Shown here piece by piece: positions 38,787 to 47,318 of a DNA stretch of 64,000 nt (its first letter is position 1; each line of letters starts with the position of its first letter). Both the position numbers and the translations under genes were made by a program. The notes under the pieces were generated by a model that made no database searches, was not told the DNA's origin, and was given only the letters and a program-made list of their open reading frames with translations. The stretch comes from Thalassobaculaceae bacterium (GTDB lineage Bacteria > Pseudomonadota > Alphaproteobacteria > Thalassobaculales > Thalassobaculaceae): the NCBI GenBank assembly GCA_965228875.1, contig OZ245843.1, positions 2,710,616 through 2,774,615 of the forward strand, read 5' to 3'.

Positions 38787-39923
38787 CTACTCGAGGATCC
38801 GGTAGACCACCGACAGCAGATCGTGCAGGGGTTCGTACTTGAGCCGACCGCCGAAATACCGGTCGGCGATGACCCGCCTGACCTCCGAGGCGTGATCCAG
38901 CCGGGAAAGTTCGTCGCCGAGTTCGTTGAAGATGTCCGAGGCGTTGCCGAGGAAGTTGATGAACGGCCCCGGGCTGCGTTTGTCGACGAACAGGGCGGTA
39001 TAGGCGTCGTTGTACTCGAGCAGCCGGCCGCGCGCACGCTGCCACCGGTCGCGGACCTTGTGACGGACGGCGTCGCGGATCTCGGCCACGATCTTGGCGT
39101 TGCCGGACGGCACCATGTCGGACGGTGTCGCCGACTGGGTGAGCCAGGTGGCCAGTTCACGCACCCGCGCTTCAAGCCGGGTCATCCGGTAGTCGTAGTA
39201 GATCACACCCTTCCAGGCGTGCAGCGCCTTCGGCGCGTCCTCGCTGGTCAGTTCCATGGCGCTCAGGATGGGCTTCAGGCCCTCCATGTCCTTGGCCTCC
39301 CAGATCTTCTGCACCAGGGATCGCAGGCGGGCCTGGGTCTTGGTCGCGTCTGAGCCGCCGAAGGCGAAGTCCACGATCGGCTTGAAGCGGCGCATGACGT
39401 GCTCGCGGATCTGGCTCCACTCCTCCTCCTCGATCTCGAAATAGGCGAGATGCGGGGCCAGGCCCTCCGCTTCGAGGCGGTCGCGCATCAAGAACGGATC
39501 GAGCGACGGCAGGCTGTCCAGGATCTGGATCACGTCGCGATCACGGATGTAGTCGTCCATGTTCTTGCCGCGCTCGAAACCGAGCTGGAAGGCCATGGCA
39601 TCGTCAAACTGCGGATCGCCGGCGAAGATCGACTTGCCGCCCTCGAAGGCGTTGGCCTCGTTGAACGCGAAATACAGCTTGGTCCCGATGCGGTTGTGCC
39701 GCTCCTTCTGGTAGTTGGGGTCGATCAGCGCCTGCTTGATGAAAATGATGCGGTGCAGCTCCGGATGCCGGAACAGATGCTCGTCCCGCGGCGCGCCGTC
39801 GCGCAGGATCGCCCGGTGCAGGCGGTCGACGTTGAACACCCGGGTCGAACCCGAATTGAGCTCGCTCGCCAAATAGGCGGCGGCGAGCTTGTCACTGTCG
39901 ACGAGTTTGGAAGTGTCCAGCAT
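38787..39923 (-). CDS. Hypothetical cytoplasmic protein (378 aa)
   Basis: Strong GC3 codon bias and balanced composition; LDSLPSLDPFLMRDRL and WKGVIYY blocks; no recognised function. Confidence 0.8.
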   Translation of the reverse strand: MLDTSKLVDSDKLAAAYLASELNSGSTRVFNVDRLHRAILRDGAPRDEHLFRHPELHRIIFIKQALIDPNYQKERHNRIGTKLYFAFNEANAFEGGKSIFAGDPQFDDAMAFQLGFERGKNMDDYIRDRDVIQILDSLPSLDPFLMRDRLEAEGLAPHLAYFEIEEEEWSQIREHVMRRFKPIVDFAFGGSDATKTQARLRSLVQKIWEAKDMEGLKPILSAMELTSEDAPKALHAWKGVIYYDYRMTRLEARVRELATWLTQSATPSDMVPSGNAKIVAEIRDAVRHKVRDRWQRARGRLLEYNDAYTALFVDKRSPGPFINFLGNASDIFNELGDELSRLDHASEVRRVIADRYFGGRLKYEPLHDLLSVVYRILE

Positions 39924-40107
39924 TGAACGATTATTGCCGATCTGTGGGACCAGGACTATAGCGCCGCACAGCGTCCGGTCACCCCCCCAACCGCAGGATT
40001 GCGGCACCGCCCCCGGCGGCACGCTCATAGCGGCTTGCCCGCCCGGTGCCCGACGGCGTTAGATGGGCGCACAGTCCTACACCTCCACGACGACTCCGGA
40101 CCGATCC

Positions 40108-41376
40108 ATGCCGCATGCCGCCGCCCTGAAGCGCGACCTGTGCACCGCCATCGACGGGCGGCGCGACGAGATCATCGACCTGCTGCGCGCCTTCCTGCGG
40201 ATCCGCAGCGTCAATCCGCCCGGCGACATGCGCGAGGCAGCCGAATTCGTGCGCGGTATTCTCGACCGGCACGGCGTCCCCCACCGCACCCTGGCCGACC
40301 GCGAAGACATGCCGAACATCGTCGGACGCTGGGACGCCGCCGGCCCCGGCCGCCACCTTGTCCTCAACGGCCACATGGACGTCTTTCCGGCGACCGACGA
40401 CGCGTTGTGGGCGGCGGAGATCGTCGGCGACCGCATTGTCGCGCGCGGCGCCGCCGACATGAAGACGGGCACGCTCGCCTCGATCCTGACCTACTGCCTG
40501 CTGCATCCCCACCGCGACCGACTGCACGGCGCGCTGACCCTGACCGTGGTGTCGGACGAGCAGTCGGGCGGCCGGCACGGCACCCGCTTCCTGTTCGACA
40601 GTCACCCCGAGGTGGTCCGCGGCGACTGCTGTCTGAACGGCGAGCCGACTGGACTCAACAACATCCGCTTCATGGAGAAGGGCACGCTGCGCTTCGCCCT
40701 GTTGGCGACGTCGATCGGCGGCCATGGCGGCTACCCGCACCGCGCGCCGAACCCGATCCAGCAGATCGTCTCGGCGATCCACGCCATCTATGAGCGCTAT
40801 CACCGCGTCCTGGCGCCGGTCCCGCCCGAGTTCGACGCCATCCTCACGGCACCCGACACCGTCGCCGTCGCCGATGCCAGCCTGGGCAAGGGGGCGGCCG
40901 ACAACGCCCGGCGGATCACCGTCAACGCGGGAATCATCGAAGGCGGTCGCAAGGCGACGCAGATCCCGACCGAGTGCGTGGCGCATCTGGACATGCGCCT
41001 TCCCTTCGGCGGCGATCGCGACGCGATCCGTCGGGACCTCGCCGCCCTCGCTACCGAGTTCGGCTGCGCGCTGGAGGTCAACGAGGATCACAGCTACCCG
41101 GCCAGCGCCACCGATCCGAACGGCGAGATGGCAACGATCCTGCGCCACAACATCCGCGACCTGCTGGGTCACGACGCGCCGCCGGTGTGCAGCCTGGGCG
41201 GCACCGACGCCCGCTACTGGCGCTGGCAGGGGATCCCGGCGGTGATCTGCGGTCCGTCCAACCTGTCCATGGGCAGCGACCACGAGAACGTCACCCTGGA
41301 CGAGGCGATCGCCGTGCTGAAGCTGCACGCGATGTGCGCGGCGGAATACCTGAGCCGGCCGGAAGGGGAGCGCTGA
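40108..41376 (+). CDS. M20 family peptidase/deacylase (ArgE/DapE-like)
   Basis: LNGHMDV, RGAADMK, VSDEQ, GEP, GGTDAR, HENV; start 40063 or 40108. Confidence 0.88.
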   Translation: MPHAAALKRDLCTAIDGRRDEIIDLLRAFLRIRSVNPPGDMREAAEFVRGILDRHGVPHRTLADREDMPNIVGRWDAAGPGRHLVLNGHMDVFPATDDALWAAEIVGDRIVARGAADMKTGTLASILTYCLLHPHRDRLHGALTLTVVSDEQSGGRHGTRFLFDSHPEVVRGDCCLNGEPTGLNNIRFMEKGTLRFALLATSIGGHGGYPHRAPNPIQQIVSAIHAIYERYHRVLAPVPPEFDAILTAPDTVAVADASLGKGAADNARRITVNAGIIEGGRKATQIPTECVAHLDMRLPFGGDRDAIRRDLAALATEFGCALEVNEDHSYPASATDPNGEMATILRHNIRDLLGHDAPPVCSLGGTDARYWRWQGIPAVICGPSNLSMGSDHENVTLDEAIAVLKLHAMCAAEYLSRPEGER

Positions 41377-41394
41377 CGCTCCCCCGCCGCCGTC

Positions 41395-42957
41395 CTACAT
41401 GACCGCTTCGATCAGGTGGGGACCCGGCCCGGCGATGGCTCGGGCCAGCGCCTGATTGAACCCATGCGCGTCGTCGACCCGAACCCCGTCGACCCCCATG
41501 CCCTTGGCCAGCGCCACCCAGTCCAGGGTCGGCCGGTCGAGGGTCAGCATGTCGATCGCCTTGCGGCCGGGATTGAGCGCGCCGACATTCGTCAGCTCGT
41601 GGCGCAGGATGGCGTAGGAGCGGTTGGCGAAGATGATGTTCACCACGTCGCAGCCCTCCCGCGCCTGGGTCCACAGCGCCTGCAGGGTGTACATGCCCGA
41701 CCCGTCGCCCTCGGTGCAGATCACCTTGCGGTCCGGACAGGCGATGGCGGCACCGGTGGCATAGGGCATGCCGATGCCGATGGACCCGCCGGTCAGCGCC
41801 AGCCAGTCGTGCGGCGCGGCACCCTGGGTGTAGGGCATGAACCCGCGCCCGGAGGTCACGCTCTCGTCCGCGACGATGGCGTTCTCGGGCATGTAGTGAC
41901 CAAGCGCGCAGGCCACCGACTCCGGCGTGATCGCGCCGCTGGAGATCAGGTCCGGCTTCTTCGCCGCCTGAATCGCCGGCTCGGATCCCCAGGCGTCGAG
42001 TTCGTCGCACAGCGCCGTCAGCACCGCCCGGTGGTCGTCGGCGATATCCGCCAGCGGCACCACGTTGCAGCCGTCGGGGATCAGCACGCTCGGCTTGTCC
42101 GGATAGGCGAAGAACGCCACCGGCACCTTGGCCCCGAGCAGCACCAGGTTCTTCACGCTCTTCAACTGGTCGAGGGCGATGTCGACCGGGTACTGGATCC
42201 GCTCGATGTCGACACGTCCGGCCCCGCGCTGCCAGCGGCCGTTCGACGTCATGCAGGACAGCCGGCAGCCCGTCTTGGCCTGAATCCGGCCGGCGATCTC
42301 CAGCAGATCGGCGCGGAGCGCGTCGCCGGTCATGTGGATCAGCGTCTCCTGGCCGGAGGTCAGGGCGGCGGCCGCCGCCTTCACCGCGTCCGGATCCGGG
42401 CCCGGCCGGACGGCGGGCGCGACGGGGTCGGCCGGACCGGCGGAGTCCTCCCATGCCGTGTTCGCCGGCAGGATCAGGGTGGCGATCTGACCCGGAGGGC
42501 CCATCGACGCGGCCACCGCCGCCGCGCCGTCGGCGGCAACGTCGGTCGCCGAGCGCGAGGTCTTCACCCAGCCGGAGACCGGGCGGGCGATTCCCTCGAT
42601 ATCGGCGGTCAGCGGCGCGTCATACTCGATGTGATAGGTCGCGTGCTCGCCGACGATGTTGACGATCGGGGTGAAGGCCTTCTTGGCGTTATGCAGGTTG
42701 GCGAGGCCGTTGCCGAGGCCCGGGCCCAGATGCAGCAGGGTTGAGGCGGGCTTGTCCGCCATGCGTCCATAGCCGTCGGCCATGCCGGTCACGACACCCT
42801 CGAACAGGCCGAGGACGCAGCGCATGCCGTCCACGCGGTCGAGGGCGGCGACGAAGTGCATCTCCGAGGTGCCGGGGTTGGTGAAGCAGACTTCGACGCC
42901 GGACGCGACCAGCGTGCGGACCAGCGACTCCGCGCCGTTCATCTTGGGGCCGTTCAT
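41395..42957 (-). CDS. Acetolactate synthase large subunit-like TPP enzyme
   Basis: MNGAESLV, NPGTSEMH, LHLGPG, EGDGSGMY...N TPP-binding motif. Confidence 0.9.
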   Translation of the reverse strand: MNGPKMNGAESLVRTLVASGVEVCFTNPGTSEMHFVAALDRVDGMRCVLGLFEGVVTGMADGYGRMADKPASTLLHLGPGLGNGLANLHNAKKAFTPIVNIVGEHATYHIEYDAPLTADIEGIARPVSGWVKTSRSATDVAADGAAAVAASMGPPGQIATLILPANTAWEDSAGPADPVAPAVRPGPDPDAVKAAAAALTSGQETLIHMTGDALRADLLEIAGRIQAKTGCRLSCMTSNGRWQRGAGRVDIERIQYPVDIALDQLKSVKNLVLLGAKVPVAFFAYPDKPSVLIPDGCNVVPLADIADDHRAVLTALCDELDAWGSEPAIQAAKKPDLISSGAITPESVACALGHYMPENAIVADESVTSGRGFMPYTQGAAPHDWLALTGGSIGIGMPYATGAAIACPDRKVICTEGDGSGMYTLQALWTQAREGCDVVNIIFANRSYAILRHELTNVGALNPGRKAIDMLTLDRPTLDWVALAKGMGVDGVRVDDAHGFNQALARAIAGPGPHLIEAVM

Positions 42958-43088
42958 GGGGTTCCGTCCTCGACGGGTGAAGAAAGGACGGCGATCATGG
43001 CTGCGACGCCCGCCGGGGGCAAGAGCTTCCGGAAGGGTGCGAAAGACGCGCTTCCGGCAGAGCCCTCGCCCGGCCAACGGCACCAAAC

Positions 43089-44153
43089 CTAACGGGCCGC
43101 GTTTCCGCCCCGCACGAGGTCGTGGATGAACCGCAGCTTCTCGATCACGTCGTTGGCCAGCACGAAAGGATACAGGTCCGGCTGGCCCATGCTGGCGTTC
43201 AGGCTGTTCACCGCCGCCGTCAGCGGCACCCAGGCCTCCACCAGGGCGTCGAAATCGGCGGTCCGATAGGGGTCGAACTCGATCTCCATCGACAGGATCG
43301 GATCGGTGCCGGCGCGCGACCGGATGGTCATGCCGAAGTACTGCGCGGTCTCCAGGGTGTCGACGATGTGCAGGTAGTGGGCCCAGCTCTCGGCGAAGTC
43401 CTCCCACGGGTGGGCCGTCGCATAGGCGCTGATGAACCGATTCGGCCACTCGGCCGGCGGCCCGTTCTCGTAGTGCCGCTTCAGCGCCTCGCCATAGTCG
43501 GCGCGCTCGTCGCCGAACAGCGCGCGAGCGCCTTCCAGCCAAGGACTGTCGGCCACCAGATCCGCCCAGTAGTAGTGACCGATCTCGTGGCGGAAGTGGC
43601 CAAGCAGGGTACGGTACTTCTCGGTCATGTCGGTGCGCATCTGCTCGCGCGCAACCGGGTCGGCCTCGGCCAGGTCGATGGTCACCACACCGTTGGCGTG
43701 GCCGGTCATCACCGGCTCGTCGGAGTCCTCCGCCGACAGGAAATCGAAGGCGAGCCCCTTGTCGGGATCGTCCTCCTTGCTCTCCACCGGAAGGCCGAGC
43801 CGCAGAAGGCTGTAGATCAGCCGGCGCTTCGCGGTCTCCAGGTGCCGCCAGGGTTCGAGACGGTCCGGATCGCTCAGGTTCGGCACCGTGCGATTCAGCC
43901 GGCATGCCCGACAATACGTCTCGTCGCTGGCGGCCGGCACCATCCAGTTGCAGGCGCCGTGCTCCGCGTTCGCGCAGGACCGGTAGAGATGGTCGATGTC
44001 GCCGAGCGCCTGCCAGCCGCCATCATCCGCGGGCTTGAGGGCGCTGAGCTGCGCCTGCCCCGAGAGATAGCCGAGCGTGTGTCCGCACCGCACGCAGGCG
44101 GTGTTCTCGAAGTAGAGCAGTTGACCGCAGCTCTGGCACTCGAAGAGCTTCAT
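43089..44153 (-). CDS. Zinc-ribbon plus putative zinc metallopeptidase
   Basis: CxxC...CxxC and C..CNW..CRAC ribbons; HFRHEIGHYYW (HExxH); YATAHPWEDFAE. Confidence 0.88.
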   Translation of the reverse strand: MKLFECQSCGQLLYFENTACVRCGHTLGYLSGQAQLSALKPADDGGWQALGDIDHLYRSCANAEHGACNWMVPAASDETYCRACRLNRTVPNLSDPDRLEPWRHLETAKRRLIYSLLRLGLPVESKEDDPDKGLAFDFLSAEDSDEPVMTGHANGVVTIDLAEADPVAREQMRTDMTEKYRTLLGHFRHEIGHYYWADLVADSPWLEGARALFGDERADYGEALKRHYENGPPAEWPNRFISAYATAHPWEDFAESWAHYLHIVDTLETAQYFGMTIRSRAGTDPILSMEIEFDPYRTADFDALVEAWVPLTAAVNSLNASMGQPDLYPFVLANDVIEKLRFIHDLVRGGNAAR

Positions 44154-44161
44154 GACCGCTC

Positions 44162-44623
44162 CTACCGGCGCGACGACGGCCCGGCGCGCCGGGGCCGGTC
44201 GAGAGACGCGAAGAAGTCACGCGACACGCCGTTCGAGACGTCGTCCGACGCCCCCTCGGTCGGAGCGAACAGGGCCGTCTCCGGCTGGCCGGCGCGCGGT
44301 GCGGGCTCGGTGCGGACCTGTTCCGCCTCGCCGGCGCCCACGCCCCGGCGTTTCGCTTCGCGCCCGAACTCGTGAACCTCGATGAGGCAGCGCAGGAACT
44401 CGGCGCGCAGTTCGGCATCCTCAATCCGCTCCTCGGACAGGCGCGCCATCTCGCAGATGTGCGCCATCGGGATGCTGAACTGGAACATGGTCTCGCGCAC
44501 CTGATCGCGGAGATCCGCCAGGTGCGCGGCGAGAGTGGCGTCGTCGTAGCGACGCAGGTATTCGCTCTGTGCCTTGACGCCTTCGGCACTGCGACGATTG
44601 GTCTTGTCCGACCCGGAGTTCAT
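44162..44623 (-). CDS. Hypothetical protein
   Basis: 153 aa, GAGGAAAGG RBS, helical N-terminal half; ends 8 bp before the peptidase start. Confidence 0.6.
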   Translation of the reverse strand: MNSGSDKTNRRSAEGVKAQSEYLRRYDDATLAAHLADLRDQVRETMFQFSIPMAHICEMARLSEERIEDAELRAEFLRCLIEVHEFGREAKRRGVGAGEAEQVRTEPAPRAGQPETALFAPTEGASDDVSNGVSRDFFASLDRPRRAGPSSRR

Positions 44624-44839
44624 TCCGAGACCGCCTTTCCTCTTTCGTTAGGCAACTTTTCGTCCGGCCGCCCGAGCCCCGCGAACGTGCGGGGCTGAAT
44701 TAGCGGCCATTTGAGAAATATGCACCGGATCGGTCGGGACAACCACCGCCATCCGTATCCGTTCGATCCGACGACGCCGGATGGCGTCCCATCTCCGGTC
44801 CTGTAGTGTGGCGCCTAACGGAAGAGCGGAAGTCGCCCC

Positions 44840-45922
44840 ATGTCGTCACACGAAGTCCCCAGCGCGCCCCGTCGGATCGCCATCGGCGACCTGCCACCCG
44901 GGCCGACCAACAGTCTGACCGACGTCCCCGGCACCGCCGTCGGCCATGTCACCCTGTCGCAGGGCGAGGTGCAGACCGGGGTCACCGCCATACGCTTCCA
45001 TCCCGGCCATCCGTTCCGCGAGAAGCTGCCGGCGGCCGCCCATGTCCTCAACGGATTCGGCAAGAGCATCGGCCTGGTCCAGGTCGAGGAACTGGGCACC
45101 CTGGAGACGCCGGTGGTGCTGACCAACACGCTCTCGGTCGGCACGGCGGCCACCGCCCTGGTCCGCCACATGCTCGAGACCACTCCGGAGATCGGCGCCA
45201 CCACCGGCACCGTCAATCCGGTGGTCATGGAGTGCAACGACGGCTCCTGGCTGAACGACATCCGCGGCCTGCATGTCGGCGAACACGACGTCCGCGCCGC
45301 CCTCGACGCCGCCGCGGCGCAGTTCGCCCAGGGAAATGTCGTCTCCCAAGGGAATGTGGGCGCCGGCACCGGGATGAGCTGCTACGGCCTCGCCGGCGGG
45401 ATCGGCAGCGCCTCTCGGGTGGTGCGGATCTCGAAGTCCGACTACACCCTTGGCGTCCTGACGCTCTGCAACATGGGCCGGCTGGCCGACCTGCGGATCG
45501 ACGGCCGGCCGGTGGGAGCGGCCATCGCCGAGCGAATCCGGGAGGAGAAAGATCAGGCAGAGAAAGGCTCGATCATCGTGCTGATCGCTACCGACGCGCC
45601 GCTCGACGCCCGGCAGCTGCGGCGGGTCGCCACCCGCGCGGGCGCGGGGATCGCGCGCACGGGCTCCCATCTCGGCTCCGGCAGCGGCGACATCGCGCTC
45701 GCCGTCTCAACCGCCGAGGCGATCCCGCATACACCGCCGAAGGGGAAGGTCCTGACCCGCCAGGTGCTGCACGAGGACGCGATCGACCCGCTGTTCCGCG
45801 CCGCCATCGAGGCGACGGAGGAGGCGATCCTCAACGCCCTGCTCGCCGCCGAACCGCGCACCGGCCGGGACGGCCGGACCCGACGGTCGCTCGGCGAGTT
45901 CGCGGACTTGGTCCGGGCTTAG
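44840..45922 (+). CDS. P1/S58 family aminopeptidase (DmpA-like)
   Basis: NSLTDVPG..VGH, NGFGKS.G, ECND..LND, GNVGAGTGM, GSGSGD autoprocessing site. Confidence 0.9.
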   Translation: MSSHEVPSAPRRIAIGDLPPGPTNSLTDVPGTAVGHVTLSQGEVQTGVTAIRFHPGHPFREKLPAAAHVLNGFGKSIGLVQVEELGTLETPVVLTNTLSVGTAATALVRHMLETTPEIGATTGTVNPVVMECNDGSWLNDIRGLHVGEHDVRAALDAAAAQFAQGNVVSQGNVGAGTGMSCYGLAGGIGSASRVVRISKSDYTLGVLTLCNMGRLADLRIDGRPVGAAIAERIREEKDQAEKGSIIVLIATDAPLDARQLRRVATRAGAGIARTGSHLGSGSGDIALAVSTAEAIPHTPPKGKVLTRQVLHEDAIDPLFRAAIEATEEAILNALLAAEPRTGRDGRTRRSLGEFADLVRA

Positions 45923-46033
45923 AGCAACTCGCGATCAGATGGAAACATCTGTTCGGGTGAAGGTGTTCAATCTTCGTGGCTTACAGGGCGACTCACGCTT
46001 CAGATCGAATCGATCTGAAGCGATCGCCCTCTA
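45920..46033. repeat. 114-bp palindromic intergenic element (MITE/RIME-like)
   Basis: Starts TAGAG and ends CTCTA; hairpins CAGATG-GAAA-CATCTG and CGCTTCAGATCG-AAT-CGATCTGAAGCG. Confidence 0.6.
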
Positions 46034-47245
46034 GGCGGGGCCGGCGACGATGCCGTCGTCGTGCAGCCGGCCGATGGCGCCGCTGTCGAGGCCCAGCATC
46101 TCCGCCAGCACCTGATCGGTGTGCTGGCCGAGCGCCGGCGCCGGCGCGACCGGCATCCGCGCCACCCCCCGGAAATCGATCGGCGAGCCCGGCGACAGCA
46201 CCTCGCCGATCTCCGGGTGGGCGACGGTCTGAAACATCGGGTTCTTCTCCGACGCCCGCCAGTCGTCGGCCAGCATCTGCCCCACGGTCTGATACGGCCC
46301 CCAGGTGACCCCGGCTTCGGCCAGGATCGTTCCGACCTCGTCCAGGGTGAGGCCGGCGCACCATTTCTCGATCAGGGCGAACAGAACCTTGCGCCACTCG
46401 AAGCGCTGTCCCTCGTCGGTGAAGTCGGTGCCGAGGGCGCTCTCCAGGCCAGCCACCGTCGCCTCGATGCCGGCGACCCGGCACAACGCCTTCCACTGCT
46501 TCACCGTGATGGCGGAGATCATCACCCGCCGCCCGTCCGACGTGGCGAAGTCCCGGCCGAAGGCGCCGAAGAGGTCGTTGCCGATCGGTCCGCGGTCGGT
46601 GTCGTTCAACTGCACCTCCGCGATCTGGCCGAGATTGCCGACCATGGCCATGGCGACGTCGCTGAGCGAGACCTCGGCCCGGCCGCCGACGCCGGTGCGC
46701 TTGCGACGGTCGACCGAGGCGAGGATGGCCAGGGCCGCATGCAGGCCGCAGCCGACATCCCAGGCCGGCAGGACGTGGTTGATCGGCGTGGCGTCCGGCC
46801 CGGTCAGGTGCGGGTACCCGACGGCGCAGTTGATCGTGTAGTCGACCGCCGGCGAGCTGTCGGGGCTGCCCTTGACCGCCACCGAGATCGCATCGGCCCG
46901 GCGCTCTTCCAGCACCTTCTGCGACAACCACGGGATCTCGGCGAAGTTGGTCAGCAGGATGCCGGTATCGTCGCCGGGACGGGTCGCCAGGGTCTGGACC
47001 AGTTCTCGGCCGCGCGGATCGCGCAGGTTCACCGCGACCGACTTCTTGCCCTTGTTCATGCCCGACCAGTACAGGCTGCGGCCAGTTTCGTTCGACAGCG
47101 GCCAGCGGTTGTAGTCGAGCCCGCCGCCGATCATGTCGACCCGGATCACCTCGGCGCCGAGCTGTGCGAGCGTCATGCCGGCGAGGGGCGCGGCGACGAA
47201 GGCGGAAGCCTCGACGATGCTGAGGCGGTCGAGCAGGTCGTACAC
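46031..47245 (-). CDS. mct: Family III CoA-transferase, mesaconyl-CoA C1-C4 transferase (Mct)-like
   Basis: VEASAFVAAPLAGMTLAQLGA, IGGGLDY.RWP, W.G.NKGK.S, VDYTIN, NHVLPAWD recall Mct; GTG start with GGGAGA RBS. Confidence 0.78.
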   Translation of the reverse strand: MYDLLDRLSIVEASAFVAAPLAGMTLAQLGAEVIRVDMIGGGLDYNRWPLSNETGRSLYWSGMNKGKKSVAVNLRDPRGRELVQTLATRPGDDTGILLTNFAEIPWLSQKVLEERRADAISVAVKGSPDSSPAVDYTINCAVGYPHLTGPDATPINHVLPAWDVGCGLHAALAILASVDRRKRTGVGGRAEVSLSDVAMAMVGNLGQIAEVQLNDTDRGPIGNDLFGAFGRDFATSDGRRVMISAITVKQWKALCRVAGIEATVAGLESALGTDFTDEGQRFEWRKVLFALIEKWCAGLTLDEVGTILAEAGVTWGPYQTVGQMLADDWRASEKNPMFQTVAHPEIGEVLSPGSPIDFRGVARMPVAPAPALGQHTDQVLAEMLGLDSGAIGRLHDDGIVAGPA

Positions 47246-47318
47246 GTGGATTCTCCCGATGGGATGGGGACGGACGGCGCGGAGGACAGACCTTAAGGAA
47301 CCCGGACGTCCGGTGTCA

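Noticed and set aside
41395..43914. Apparent 839-aa TPP enzyme with a long N-terminal extension
   Set aside because: The extension is an off-frame read of the zinc peptidase gene; the real start is ATG 42957 with an RBS. The same artefact inflates the ORFs for apt, the ABC ATPase, ArnT, rfbA and rfbB
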